Origin: an uncultured Acidimicrobiales bacterium
GTDB lineage: Bacteria > Actinomycetota > Acidimicrobiia > Acidimicrobiales > SZUA-35
DNA length: 64,000 bases
NCBI GenBank assembly: GCA_937922045.1
Contig: CAKZXA010000073.1
Coordinates: 26,484-90,483 of the forward strand
Direction: 5' to 3'
Every line of letters starts with the position of its first letter. Positions within the stretch are counted from its first letter, which is position 1. The notes beneath the pieces were generated by a model. That model was not told the origin of the DNA. It saw nothing but the letters and a program-made list of their open reading frames with translations, and ran no database searches. Both the position numbers and the translations under genes were made by a program. Positions 49,066 to 57,736 of this stretch are shown here, in pieces.

Positions 49066-50391
49066 ATGGGCGACCCGGCAACGGATCGCCTGCCGAGCAG
49101 CGATCCCGTCGAACTCGCTACCTTCGAGCTCACCGTTGATCGCGTCGCAAAGGGCGGGGCTTCACTCGGTCTCGGCCCTGACGGTCGCGTGGTGTTCGTC
49201 GAGGGCGCCATCCCCGGCGAGCGGGTCGAAGTCGAGGTAGTCAAGGAACACAAGCGGCGAATCGAAGCGAGGATGCTCCGCGTCATCGATGCCTCGCCCG
49301 ATCGACAGGAACCGCCGTGCCGTCATGTGGCCGACGGATGCGGCGGCTGCGACTGGCAGCATGTAGCGCCGGCAGCTCAAGGTGGCTTGCGGCGTGAGGT
49401 GGTCGCCGATGCGCTACGCCGGCTCGGTCGACTTGAGGATGTTGAGATTCGTGTCGGCCCTGAGCTGCCAGCTGAGGCATATCGAACGACGGTCAGGGCG
49501 GCTGTTGTGGACGGCCGCGCCGCCTTCAGGAAACGAGAGAGCCACGATCTCGTTGTGGTCGACCAGTGTGTCATCGCCCATCCGCTGGTGGAAGAGCTGC
49601 TGGTCGAGTCGCACTTTGGTGATGCGACCGAGGTTACGATTCGTGTCGGTGCCCGAACCGGTGAACGACTCGTCGTGGTCGACGGTGATCCTGGATCGGT
49701 TACCGTGCCGACTGATGTGCACGTCGTGCGACGCGCCAGCGGGGCCGAGGGCAGTGCTGGGAACCCGTCCGACCATCATGATCACCATCATGATCACCAT
49801 CAAGACAGGAAGGATGACCACAGCCGGAGTGATCATGGCCACGCCGAGCTCCACGAGGCCCATATCCATGAGGTGGTTGGGGGTATCCGTTTCCAAATCT
49901 CGGCCAGTTCCTTTTTCCAATCTCGCCCTGATGGTGCCGAGATGCTTGGTCGGCTCGTCGCCGACGCTATTGCCGACGCTCCTGGCACCCTCTTGGACGC
50001 CTACTGCGGCGTTGGGTTGTTCGGTGCTCTGGCCGGTACCGGTCGCCGCGTGCTCGGGATCGAGGCCAATCCGATTGCAGCCCATGACGCTTCACACAAC
50101 CTCGGTCCTCACAGCGAAGTCGTAACCTCCGTCTTTGAACGGTGGAGCCCCCAGCCGGTTGGTGTGGCCGTTGCCGATCCTGCCCGTGCCGGTCTGAAAG
50201 CAGCGGGTTGTGACGTGCTCGTCGCAGCTGAACCCGACTTGATCGCCTTGGTCAGCTGTGACCCCGCATCGCTTGCACGCGACGCTGGTCTTCTCGTTGA
50301 GCGCGGTTACCAGCTCGATTGGGTTACCGTCGTCGACCTCTTCGGCCACACGTCGCATGTGGAGACGGTGTCAAGGTTTAGCCGCCGCTGA
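49066..50391 (+). CDS. TRAM-domain class I SAM-dependent RNA (uracil-5) methyltransferase, RlmD/TrmA family, with a His-rich insertion
   Basis: TRAM region (AKGGASLG...GAIPGERVEVEVV), Fe-S Cys cluster CRHVADGCGGCDWQH, DPARAGL, and nucleophile region VSCDPASLARD. A ~45-aa His/Asp-rich insert lies between the domains. Confidence 0.8.
   Translation: MGDPATDRLPSSDPVELATFELTVDRVAKGGASLGLGPDGRVVFVEGAIPGERVEVEVVKEHKRRIEARMLRVIDASPDRQEPPCRHVADGCGGCDWQHVAPAAQGGLRREVVADALRRLGRLEDVEIRVGPELPAEAYRTTVRAAVVDGRAAFRKRESHDLVVVDQCVIAHPLVEELLVESHFGDATEVTIRVGARTGERLVVVDGDPGSVTVPTDVHVVRRASGAEGSAGNPSDHHDHHHDHHQDRKDDHSRSDHGHAELHEAHIHEVVGGIRFQISASSFFQSRPDGAEMLGRLVADAIADAPGTLLDAYCGVGLFGALAGTGRRVLGIEANPIAAHDASHNLGPHSEVVTSVFERWSPQPVGVAVADPARAGLKAAGCDVLVAAEPDLIALVSCDPASLARDAGLLVERGYQLDWVTVVDLFGHTSHVETVSRFSRR
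49774..49803 (+). repeat. 12-bp in-frame tandem repeat (catcatgatcac x2, then a partial copy) encoding HHDH-HHDH-HQD
   Basis: Read directly at 49774-49797, followed by catcaagac. Confidence 0.85.
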
Positions 50392-51538
50392 TCACTGTCG
50401 ACGAGCTGAGAGGGCTGTACGTTCCCTCGCTCGTTGTGACAAAACGTATGGCTTCTCCGTCGCCGGGCAGCAGGGCGATGGCTTCGCCTTGTAGCTCAAG
50501 CCGGAACGGTCCTTCACAGGGGGTGGACTGTAGAGCGTCGGTGATCGTCTCGTCTGCGTTGCGGTCAAAGATCCAGGTTGTGGCGTAGGTGCGCAGGGCT
50601 ATGGTCCGTCCCGAGGCGCTGATGTCGATACCGGTAGCGACATTGGTGCCAGGGCTCAGGACCGCAGAGGTGCGAGCTGGCGAGGTGGCCGGCGCCTGCT
50701 CGGCCAGTGAGCGTAGATCGATGGTGCCGGTAAGCGTAAGTATCTGCTCGTCGACCACGTCGAGATCGGCGTCGTAAATCCTTGTTGCCTCGCCTGTCTG
50801 TACGGCTTCGCCAACCTGCTTTGTGAGGGCGACGAGTCGGCGTTGAACGGGATCGACAAGCACGGCCTCAACATCTTCGGGCTCACCGGGGTAGCGAAGG
50901 GTAAGGACCGAGGTCGCCGTTAGAGATGTCGGTTCTCCCGGCACGGGCTCGTCGACCACGATGATTCGCATCGATGAGCGGCGTCGTGCATTGTTCCCAG
51001 AGTCGGCCAAATAGAGGCGCCCGTCGTACAAGGCAATGTCTTCAATATCGTTCGTCTCGGGGGAGGGCAACGGATAGAACCCGAGGTCTCCTCCTTCGGT
51101 CGTCAGCGCATACAGCCCCGGTTCAGATCCGGAGTCGTTGTGGGCCCAGAGCACGCCAGGGTGCGTTTCGCTGGCCACCAACCCCGATGTTTCCGTCAAA
51201 CCGGTGGCCTGAAGCGAGCCTACAACCCGATGATCAACGACCTGGCAACGGCGAGGTCCTGAAGCATCAGAGGCGTCGCTGTTGGTCTCGCTGTCCGTTT
51301 TGGCCGAGGCCTGCTCGTCTTCGGGCTGTGTCACCAGCCCGGCTGGCTCGCCTGAATCCGAAGGAGATGTGGAGCTGGTCGCCGTGGGGGTGGTCGCCGA
51401 GGTCGACTCGCTCTCGATCGAAAGTGAGCGCGGCTCGGAGGTACAGCTGGCGAGGAGCAGCCCAGTAGCCGTCGCGGCCCCGACAAGGGTGGCGATGGGT
51501 CGGTGGCGGCATTCACGCTTCATGGATTGACTTAACAC
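50378..51538 (-). CDS. putative secreted lipoprotein of unknown function (beta-propeller-like C-terminal domain)
   Basis: Lipobox LLLASC, a Ser/Thr/Glu-rich linker, then a ~270-aa domain with repeated hydrophobic-Asp/Gly strands (HNDSGSEPGLYAL, LYLADSGNN). No family recognised. Confidence 0.55.
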   Translation of the reverse strand: MLSQSMKRECRHRPIATLVGAATATGLLLASCTSEPRSLSIESESTSATTPTATSSTSPSDSGEPAGLVTQPEDEQASAKTDSETNSDASDASGPRRCQVVDHRVVGSLQATGLTETSGLVASETHPGVLWAHNDSGSEPGLYALTTEGGDLGFYPLPSPETNDIEDIALYDGRLYLADSGNNARRRSSMRIIVVDEPVPGEPTSLTATSVLTLRYPGEPEDVEAVLVDPVQRRLVALTKQVGEAVQTGEATRIYDADLDVVDEQILTLTGTIDLRSLAEQAPATSPARTSAVLSPGTNVATGIDISASGRTIALRTYATTWIFDRNADETITDALQSTPCEGPFRLELQGEAIALLPGDGEAIRFVTTSEGTYSPLSSSTVISGG

Positions 51539-51646
51539 AGAGCCAACAACCTATCGGCTCATTCATCGTCGGCGTTCGATGCAAACCGAACGAACGGACG
51601 GTCCCTCAAGCCAGCATTGGCTCGCCGGAGATTTGGGGCGCGGTAG

Positions 51647-52597
51647 CTAGCTGGCGTTGGTCATTGCCCGGGTTGCCGCTTGTTTGCGTCGACGCGCCTC
51701 GCCTGCTGCTCGAAGTTCTTCACGCCGTTCTGGCGTGATCTCCATGTAGGAGTTTCGCCAGGACCCGTCGTCGTCAAATTCGAACGGAGCTCGCACCGTG
51801 GATTGGGCTGCGATGGCCGTGTTGGCAAGTTCGAGAGCAAGACCAACGATGGACCGTTGCATCCCGATGTCGTCGGGACGACCGCAAGGGTTGCCGAGTG
51901 GAAAGTCGGTAAAGAGAAATCGAGGTACAGCACACTGTTCGACGATGTCCCGTGCGCTTCCGACGACGACCGTGGTGATGCCGGCTTCCTCGAGACGACG
52001 TGCGACCAGACTCACGGTCTGGTGGCAGACAGGTCAGAGCGGAACGAGTAGCACAACGTCGACTGCGTCGGCTTGGCACCAGTCGACGACCCTGGCTGCA
52101 TCGGCCTCGGTCTTGCGCTGGCTGTATTCGGTTGGCACGCCATAGAAGCGAGGGCTAAGGCCGCCGATCGTGCCAGCGTCAGCATATTCCTGGAGACGGA
52201 TCAGGGGAAGGAAGCTTTCGACATCGTCGGTGTGGGTTGCGTCCTTATGCCACGACAGATCGTCGGTGAACATCCTGCTCGGCGGAGGAGAACTCGCTGC
52301 TGCGTACGCCGTCTTTGGCTGGAAGCTGCCAGCGTCGCTGTTCGAGCTTGAACCGTCTGTAGCGTCGTTTGCTTGAGGATCGGAGTCGCGGTGAAAGAAG
52401 GTAGTGGTGACGACGCCGACCCTGGCCTCGCTCAACGGCTTCTGCAGTTTGGCAAAGGGTGCTGTGGCGTTGCTGGCCCATCGGTACGGCTTGTCGTAGC
52501 CGTGGGCCTGATAGAACTCGCGTGACTTGTCGATGTAGCTCACGAACGTGCGGTGAGCAGGACTCAGATGATCGAAGGCCATGCCAAACGGTAGCAT
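51647..52597 (-). CDS. glycine/sarcosine/betaine/D-proline reductase B-subunit family (PrdB/GrdB-like) selenoprotein candidate; in-frame TGA at 52034-52036 read as Sec
   Basis: ORFs 52034..52597 and 51647..52015 are in the same frame, separated only by TGA plus 6 sense codons. The joined sequence is LLVPL-U-PVCHQTVSLVARRLEEAGITTVVV. It parallels the remembered PrdB Sec region (..AG-U-GTCHRSAVIVQRAIEEAGIPT..). A SECIS-like hairpin lies downstream. Confidence 0.65.
52002..52026 (-). promoter_or_regulatory. SECIS-like stem-loop downstream of the in-frame UGA
   Basis: Minus strand: UGA-CCUGUCU-GC-C-ACCAGAC-CGUGA-GUCUGGU-C-GC. The 7-bp perfect stem starts 10 nt after UGA and extends by 2 bp across a C/C mismatch. 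The apical loop contains GU and begins 17 nt after UGA. Confidence 0.5.
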
Positions 52598-52886
52598 CCG
52601 CGGCTCTGGGTCTCCGAACCGGTGCTTCGTAGGTATGTTTCAACACGGTTGATTTATTGGGGCAACCATCGAGTTTTGTCTTGAAGGATGTAGGTCCGGA
52701 TCGTGCGGCTACCATGGACGAGAGCGCGGCGAGAGGTCCTGCGAAAGGCAGCTCAACTCGTGACGAATGAAGTGGAAGACAGCATCACTTTCTTGCCCAC
52801 AATGTGGTTCAGGATGGCGGGTCGATGTTGAGTTTGTTTCCCAGAAGATGGTTGACCGGTGCCAGATTCGACGTGGAGGTCCCCTG

Positions 52887-54728
52887 ATGTGGCGTAGCCG
52901 ATCAGAGAAAAACAGCAAAGGTGAGGGTCGCGGTGAGAACGCTGCCCGTTCGGCGAAGCGTACCCCTGAGGAGCTGATGGAGGTGCCGGCCGAACGACGC
53001 CTTCGCCGCGTCGACTCGGCTGAGCAGATCGCGTCAGCGACCTTTGACAGCGCTCGCTCGCGTACACAGCGAAACCCGCTTGAGTCGGGCTATGAGGTCG
53101 ATGGAATCGAACTCCCCGATCCCACGGGCCGATCGGTGCGGCGGTTGAATCTTCCGCCACTCAATCATGCGGGCGATACGCCGATCACAGAGGCGGTGGC
53201 ACCGACCGTCGAGGGGCGCATTGAGGCCACGGAAACCGCCCCAGGATCAGGCCCGGTTGCTGACGCTGTTCCACGACCTCTAAACGACGAGGGGCAGCAG
53301 GCCGTTGCCACCGCGGCGGCCGGTTCACCGGACCAGAATGGCAAGAGTGCGGCCGCTGGCTCGCTCGGCGTTTTTGGCGAGCCGCAGCCAACAGCTACCA
53401 CCGAGGCGACCGATGCCTGGCGACCCGACCAGGCTGAGTCTCCTGAGCCGACGCAAGCGTTCAATGCGGTGAATGACGTAAATCAAATGCCGGAGACTCC
53501 TCCGGCGACACAACCAGCGACACCAACAAACTACGATGAGTATTACGAGAACGGAAGGCTGAAAGCGGTGCCCGACTTGCCGAACAATCCGGATTACCGA
53601 CCCCGCGACCCGGCGATGGCCCAGAGGCAGGGTGCGCCTGGTGAGCAGACGATGCCACGCTCTCCTGGTCTCCCGCCTGAGCAGCTGGCCCAACCCGGCT
53701 GGAACTCCGTCGATCAGCGTGGCTCACAACAGCCGCGGCAATGGCAGGCAGCGCAACAGGGTGGCAATGTCTACGCGGCCCAGAACGCTTTCGATCAGCC
53801 CACGAATGTGGATGCAGCTGGCAGCCCTATACGCCAAGGCGCCCCGCCTCGCAAGGGTCCTGCGCGGCAGTCCGCTGAATCCTCCCAAAAGCTTCGGCTG
53901 GCGTCATCGCGACCTCCGGTCAAGCCAAAGCCCAAGCGCGCCAACGGATGGTTGCTCGGCCTCGGTCTGCTCGCCGTCGTTCTGGCTGGCCTCGGCGCTG
54001 CCTATTTCCTCACTCGAGATAACGGTGATGGCGTTGAGACGGCCGTCGACTCGGTGGAAGATGTGGATTCGGCGGATGGCGTTGGTGCCGACGCCGACGT
54101 CGTGGATGATGTCGACGATGCCGCAGCCGGCGACGACGTTGAGACCACCGATACCTCGCCAGCTGCCGTTTCACCAACGGGCGAGCCGCTGCTCGTCATG
54201 CAGGACGCTGATACCGGTCCGCTCACCGTTGATCAGGCCTATCCGATCGAGATCCTGAGTCCTCCTGCGGGCGCCCAGTATCAAGTGATCGTAGATGATC
54301 TACCCCAGGGCAACCCGTTCGATGTTCTGCCCGATCTCAGCCTCCCGGCCGGTTACCACACGATCTATGTAGAGATGATCGACGGTGACACGCGGACACC
54401 GACCAACGTGATCGATGTTCATGTCTTTGATGACACGGTTCCACCTACTGGGTTCCGCGCCAATTTGGCCTCGATCGACATAGCGAACGAGGGTTGGGGC
54501 GAGGCTCTCGAGCGCTTCAAGCAGTACAAGGCCGATGGACATGAGAACCTGAAGTTGACGCCGAGCGATCCGTACCCCAGCCTCCCGTCGGGTTATTGGA
54601 ACATCTACGTCGACAATCTTGGTGAGGACCGGGCCGCTGCACTGGCCTATTGCGAGCAGGCTGGTCTCGCCGTGCCCGACGAGTGCTTCCCAAGCTTCTT
54701 CGATGCCGCAGCGCCGACCGACGGTTAG
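52887..54728 (+). CDS. single-pass membrane protein: long Pro/Gln-rich disordered N-terminal region, TM helix, extracytoplasmic C-terminal domain
   Basis: GGAGG lies 7 nt before ATG 52887. About 350 aa are low-complexity P/Q/A-rich. TM helix GWLLGLGLLAVVLAGLGAAYFL, an acidic linker, then about 190 aa folded. The last ~90 aa loosely resemble a SPOR-type pattern. Confidence 0.55.
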   Translation: MWRSRSEKNSKGEGRGENAARSAKRTPEELMEVPAERRLRRVDSAEQIASATFDSARSRTQRNPLESGYEVDGIELPDPTGRSVRRLNLPPLNHAGDTPITEAVAPTVEGRIEATETAPGSGPVADAVPRPLNDEGQQAVATAAAGSPDQNGKSAAAGSLGVFGEPQPTATTEATDAWRPDQAESPEPTQAFNAVNDVNQMPETPPATQPATPTNYDEYYENGRLKAVPDLPNNPDYRPRDPAMAQRQGAPGEQTMPRSPGLPPEQLAQPGWNSVDQRGSQQPRQWQAAQQGGNVYAAQNAFDQPTNVDAAGSPIRQGAPPRKGPARQSAESSQKLRLASSRPPVKPKPKRANGWLLGLGLLAVVLAGLGAAYFLTRDNGDGVETAVDSVEDVDSADGVGADADVVDDVDDAAAGDDVETTDTSPAAVSPTGEPLLVMQDADTGPLTVDQAYPIEILSPPAGAQYQVIVDDLPQGNPFDVLPDLSLPAGYHTIYVEMIDGDTRTPTNVIDVHVFDDTVPPTGFRANLASIDIANEGWGEALERFKQYKADGHENLKLTPSDPYPSLPSGYWNIYVDNLGEDRAAALAYCEQAGLAVPDECFPSFFDAAAPTDG

Positions 54729-54749
54729 TCTCCTGATCGGATGGGCTGC

Positions 54750-55502
54750 TTAGGTAACCCATCCGCCATCGACAACGAACTCCGAGCCGGTGCAGTACGC
54801 GCTGTCATCGGACGCCAAGAAGAGGGCGAGCTTTGCTACCTCTTCCGGTTCGGCCACATGGCCGAGCGGGATTCGGCGGGTCAGGTCTTCAGGGGAAACG
54901 ACGTTGTCGAACTCGTTGATCATCGGGGTCTTTATGATGCCGGGGTGGATCGAGTTTACGCGTACGCCTGCGTCCGCGAGCTCCAGAGCTGCCGCCTTAG
55001 TCATGCCCCGCACAGCCCACTTGGTGGCTGAATAGGCGAAAGCGTTGCGCGACCCTCGAAGCCCAGCGATCGAGGAGATATTGATGATCGATCCTGATTC
55101 GCTCTCGGTCATGAGGGGCGCCATCGTCTGCATGCCGAGGAAGACGCCGGTTTGGTTGACATCGATCATGCGCTGCCAGAGTTCGAGGTCGGTGTCTTGC
55201 ATGGCGACGACGCGGAAGATCCCCGCGTTGTTGACCAGGATGTCACAGCGCCCCTGTTGGTCTCGGAGTTGCTCCTCGACCGAGCTCCAGGCACGGGGGT
55301 CGGTGACGTCGTGTTCGATGAAATGACCGCCGACCGCTTCAGCTACCTTCTTGCCTTCATCGGCGAGAACGTCGGTGACATAGACGATCGCACCGTGCTG
55401 GGCGAACAGCTTTGCCTCACATTCGCCTTGCCCCCGGGCCCCGCCCGTGATGACGGCAACCTTGCCTGTGAGACGGCGACTATCGGAGGGAATCTCTGTC
55501 AT
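54750..55502 (-). CDS. SDR family oxidoreductase
   Basis: TGKVAVITGGARGQG, NNAG, catalytic S...YSATK, PGIIKTPM. Confidence 0.88.
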   Translation of the reverse strand: MTEIPSDSRRLTGKVAVITGGARGQGECEAKLFAQHGAIVYVTDVLADEGKKVAEAVGGHFIEHDVTDPRAWSSVEEQLRDQQGRCDILVNNAGIFRVVAMQDTDLELWQRMIDVNQTGVFLGMQTMAPLMTESESGSIINISSIAGLRGSRNAFAYSATKWAVRGMTKAAALELADAGVRVNSIHPGIIKTPMINEFDNVVSPEDLTRRIPLGHVAEPEEVAKLALFLASDDSAYCTGSEFVVDGGWVT

Positions 55503-55510
55503 ACCAAACC

Positions 55511-56368
55511 CTAGTTCGGCCCATACACCTGTCTCCAGTCCAGCTGGTCGTCGGGCGGGAAGGTGGCGGTGAAGGACGTTTGGAGAGCATCGAGCTCGGT
55601 GCAGAGACGTGGACCGAGTGCTTCCCAGCGAGCTGCGTCGAGCTCGTCGGTGAGGGCCTCGATCGCCGCCCGACCGTCATAGCCGGCAGACGTGGCCGAG
55701 CCATCGCTGTTGAGCCAACCACGCCGATGGAGCCGATCGGCGGCAGCCTCTGCTTCTTGCTCTGTCCAACCCGCTTCATCGGTGATCCAGGCGCGGGGCG
55801 CCTGATCGACGGCGACATGAGACACAATCGTTTCGCACCCGTCGAGACCGTGGGCGCCAAGCGCGAGCAGATGGCAACTGTTGCGATACTCGCGTTGCAA
55901 CGTCGTTGCATGCCAGAGAGCAAGGTGGGGTTCTTCGGGCCACGGCAGCGCCTGCCAGGCGGCGAACAGCGGCCGGCCGAGAACGGGGCAGTTTGTGAGA
56001 GTCTCACGATGCAGAGCGACCGCTCGTATCACGTCGGCATCGTTACGGTCGGGCATGACGCGCCGCAAGGCTGCATCCATTCCAACATAGCGGGCTTCGA
56101 GGATCCGCTCAGGCGATGCGAATCCCCAGGCGTCGGGAAGGGCGCGGTGCACCCTCTTCGGGCTGTAGTAGAAGAACACTGCCTCAACGACGTCGGCTCG
56201 CACCGGGCCCATCGGGGCGGCCCGGGTTGCGAAGTAGTTCATCCAGAAACCCTTGAGGCCTGCTGCTGTTGCCGTATCTCGCGGCTCGGGCGCCACGTAG
56301 CACAGCTGGTGGTAGCGCTCGGAGACTTCCCACATTCTGCGAGCCAGTGACGTTGTCGATCCAGACAC
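55511..56368 (-). CDS. conserved hypothetical helical protein (possibly an SCO6745-type family)
   Basis: 285-aa ORF with coding-like composition. LKGFWMNYFATRAAPMG recalls an actinobacterial family of unknown function, and the name is uncertain. 8 nt upstream of the SDR gene. Confidence 0.5.
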   Translation of the reverse strand: MSGSTTSLARRMWEVSERYHQLCYVAPEPRDTATAAGLKGFWMNYFATRAAPMGPVRADVVEAVFFYYSPKRVHRALPDAWGFASPERILEARYVGMDAALRRVMPDRNDADVIRAVALHRETLTNCPVLGRPLFAAWQALPWPEEPHLALWHATTLQREYRNSCHLLALGAHGLDGCETIVSHVAVDQAPRAWITDEAGWTEQEAEAAADRLHRRGWLNSDGSATSAGYDGRAAIEALTDELDAARWEALGPRLCTELDALQTSFTATFPPDDQLDWRQVYGPN

Positions 56369-56506
56369 CTATGAGACGTTAGCCGCAGGAGGTGATCGAA
56401 GTCCCTCCAGACGGTTCGGGTCCAAGGCTAGGCTGTCGGTGTGTCGCCGTTGCATTGTACTGTCGAGCAGGATTCCACTGCCGGGCATGGGCTACGGCCA
56501 CGCTCG

Positions 56507-57544
56507 ATGATCACTATTCTCTTGTTTCTGGCGGTTTCGTTGGCGCTGTTACTGTCGGCCTGTGTCGAATCCGATGTTGCATCCGACGGGTCTGAAAGCA
56601 CAGCGGAAAATGCTGCGTCAGATGGTGCAGCTGTGAGCGGTAGCGAGACGGTCGATGAGCCTGGAGCGGAGAGAAAACCGATCGTGCGGCTGGCGCTCAC
56701 CGACTGGACTGGATCTCGTCTGGTGGCTGTGATCGCAGAGCAAATCATCGAATTGAGGCTCGGTTATCCGGTTGAGCTGGTTGGCGTTGGACGCATGTCA
56801 GATGTGCTGGCCGACCTTGAGGATGCAGAACTCGATGCGATTCTCGAAGTCTGGCCCTCCACCTTGAGCGAGGGCGAGCAGGCCGTGATCGACGAGGGGC
56901 GGGTTATGGAGCTCGGCCCTCTAGGTCCGGTGGGCCAGGTTGGCTGGTTTGTTCCACGGTACGTCGTTGAGGAGGATCCGACCTTCTCGAACTGGGAGGG
57001 ATTTCTCAGCCCCGAGGCCACCGAACGTTTCGCCACGGAGCAGACGGCGCCGCGTGGACGATTCCTCGGGATCGACGTAAGTTATGAGAGTGTTGATGAG
57101 CAGTTGATCGACGAGTTGGGCCTTCCGCTGGTCGTTGAGTACAGCGGGAGTGAGGCCGCGAGCCGGGCCTTGCTGGCTGAGGCTGTGGGCCGTCGCGAGC
57201 CAATTCTCATGTATTGGTGGACCCCGACGAACGAAGTTCAACATTACGATTTAGTTGCGGTCGAGCTGCCAAAGCCGGTCGATGGCTGTCCGATTGTCGC
57301 TGAGTCCAACGACCCAGCTGTATGTGCCTATCCACAGGATCTGCTGTTCAAGCTGGGCGCCGCCGATTTGGCCGACCGGGTTCCTGATGTGGCCGGCTTC
57401 CTCGCTGCGTTTCACTTGTCCACAGAGGACCAATTGGCCATGATCACTCGGGTTGAAGTCGATGAGGAGCCACTCGCAGCCGTCGCCCGTGACTGGGTGG
57501 AACGAAATGAGACCACCTGGGCAGAGTGGCTGAGTACTGGCTAA
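56507..57544 (+). CDS. glycine betaine/osmoprotectant ABC transporter substrate-binding lipoprotein (OpuAC/ProX family)
   Basis: Signal plus lipobox LALLLSAC from ATG 56507. LTDWTGSRLVAVIAEQIIE..., LEVWPS, GWFVPRYV are typical of the OpuAC fold. Confidence 0.78.
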   Translation: MITILLFLAVSLALLLSACVESDVASDGSESTAENAASDGAAVSGSETVDEPGAERKPIVRLALTDWTGSRLVAVIAEQIIELRLGYPVELVGVGRMSDVLADLEDAELDAILEVWPSTLSEGEQAVIDEGRVMELGPLGPVGQVGWFVPRYVVEEDPTFSNWEGFLSPEATERFATEQTAPRGRFLGIDVSYESVDEQLIDELGLPLVVEYSGSEAASRALLAEAVGRREPILMYWWTPTNEVQHYDLVAVELPKPVDGCPIVAESNDPAVCAYPQDLLFKLGAADLADRVPDVAGFLAAFHLSTEDQLAMITRVEVDEEPLAAVARDWVERNETTWAEWLSTG

Positions 57545-57736
57545 CAATGGTCACCCATCCGGTTCTTGAGGACTATTCCATTTGCTCTTCAATCTGATGC
57601 GTGTCTCTGCACCTAAACCGACTAGGCACTACAGTTGAAACCGCAACAACTGCCGGTCGTCGTGGCGTCGAAGTTTGGCTTCGCGATTTCCGGTCGTCGA
57701 CAACAAGCTGCAGACAAGCAGGGGGAGTCAGTCTTA

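Noticed and set aside
52767-52886. Upstream start giving an N-terminal CPQC zinc-ribbon-like segment on the PQ-rich membrane protein
   Set aside because: There is only one CxxC pair and the region has low GC. The ATG at 52887 has a much better GGAGG at 7-nt spacing.
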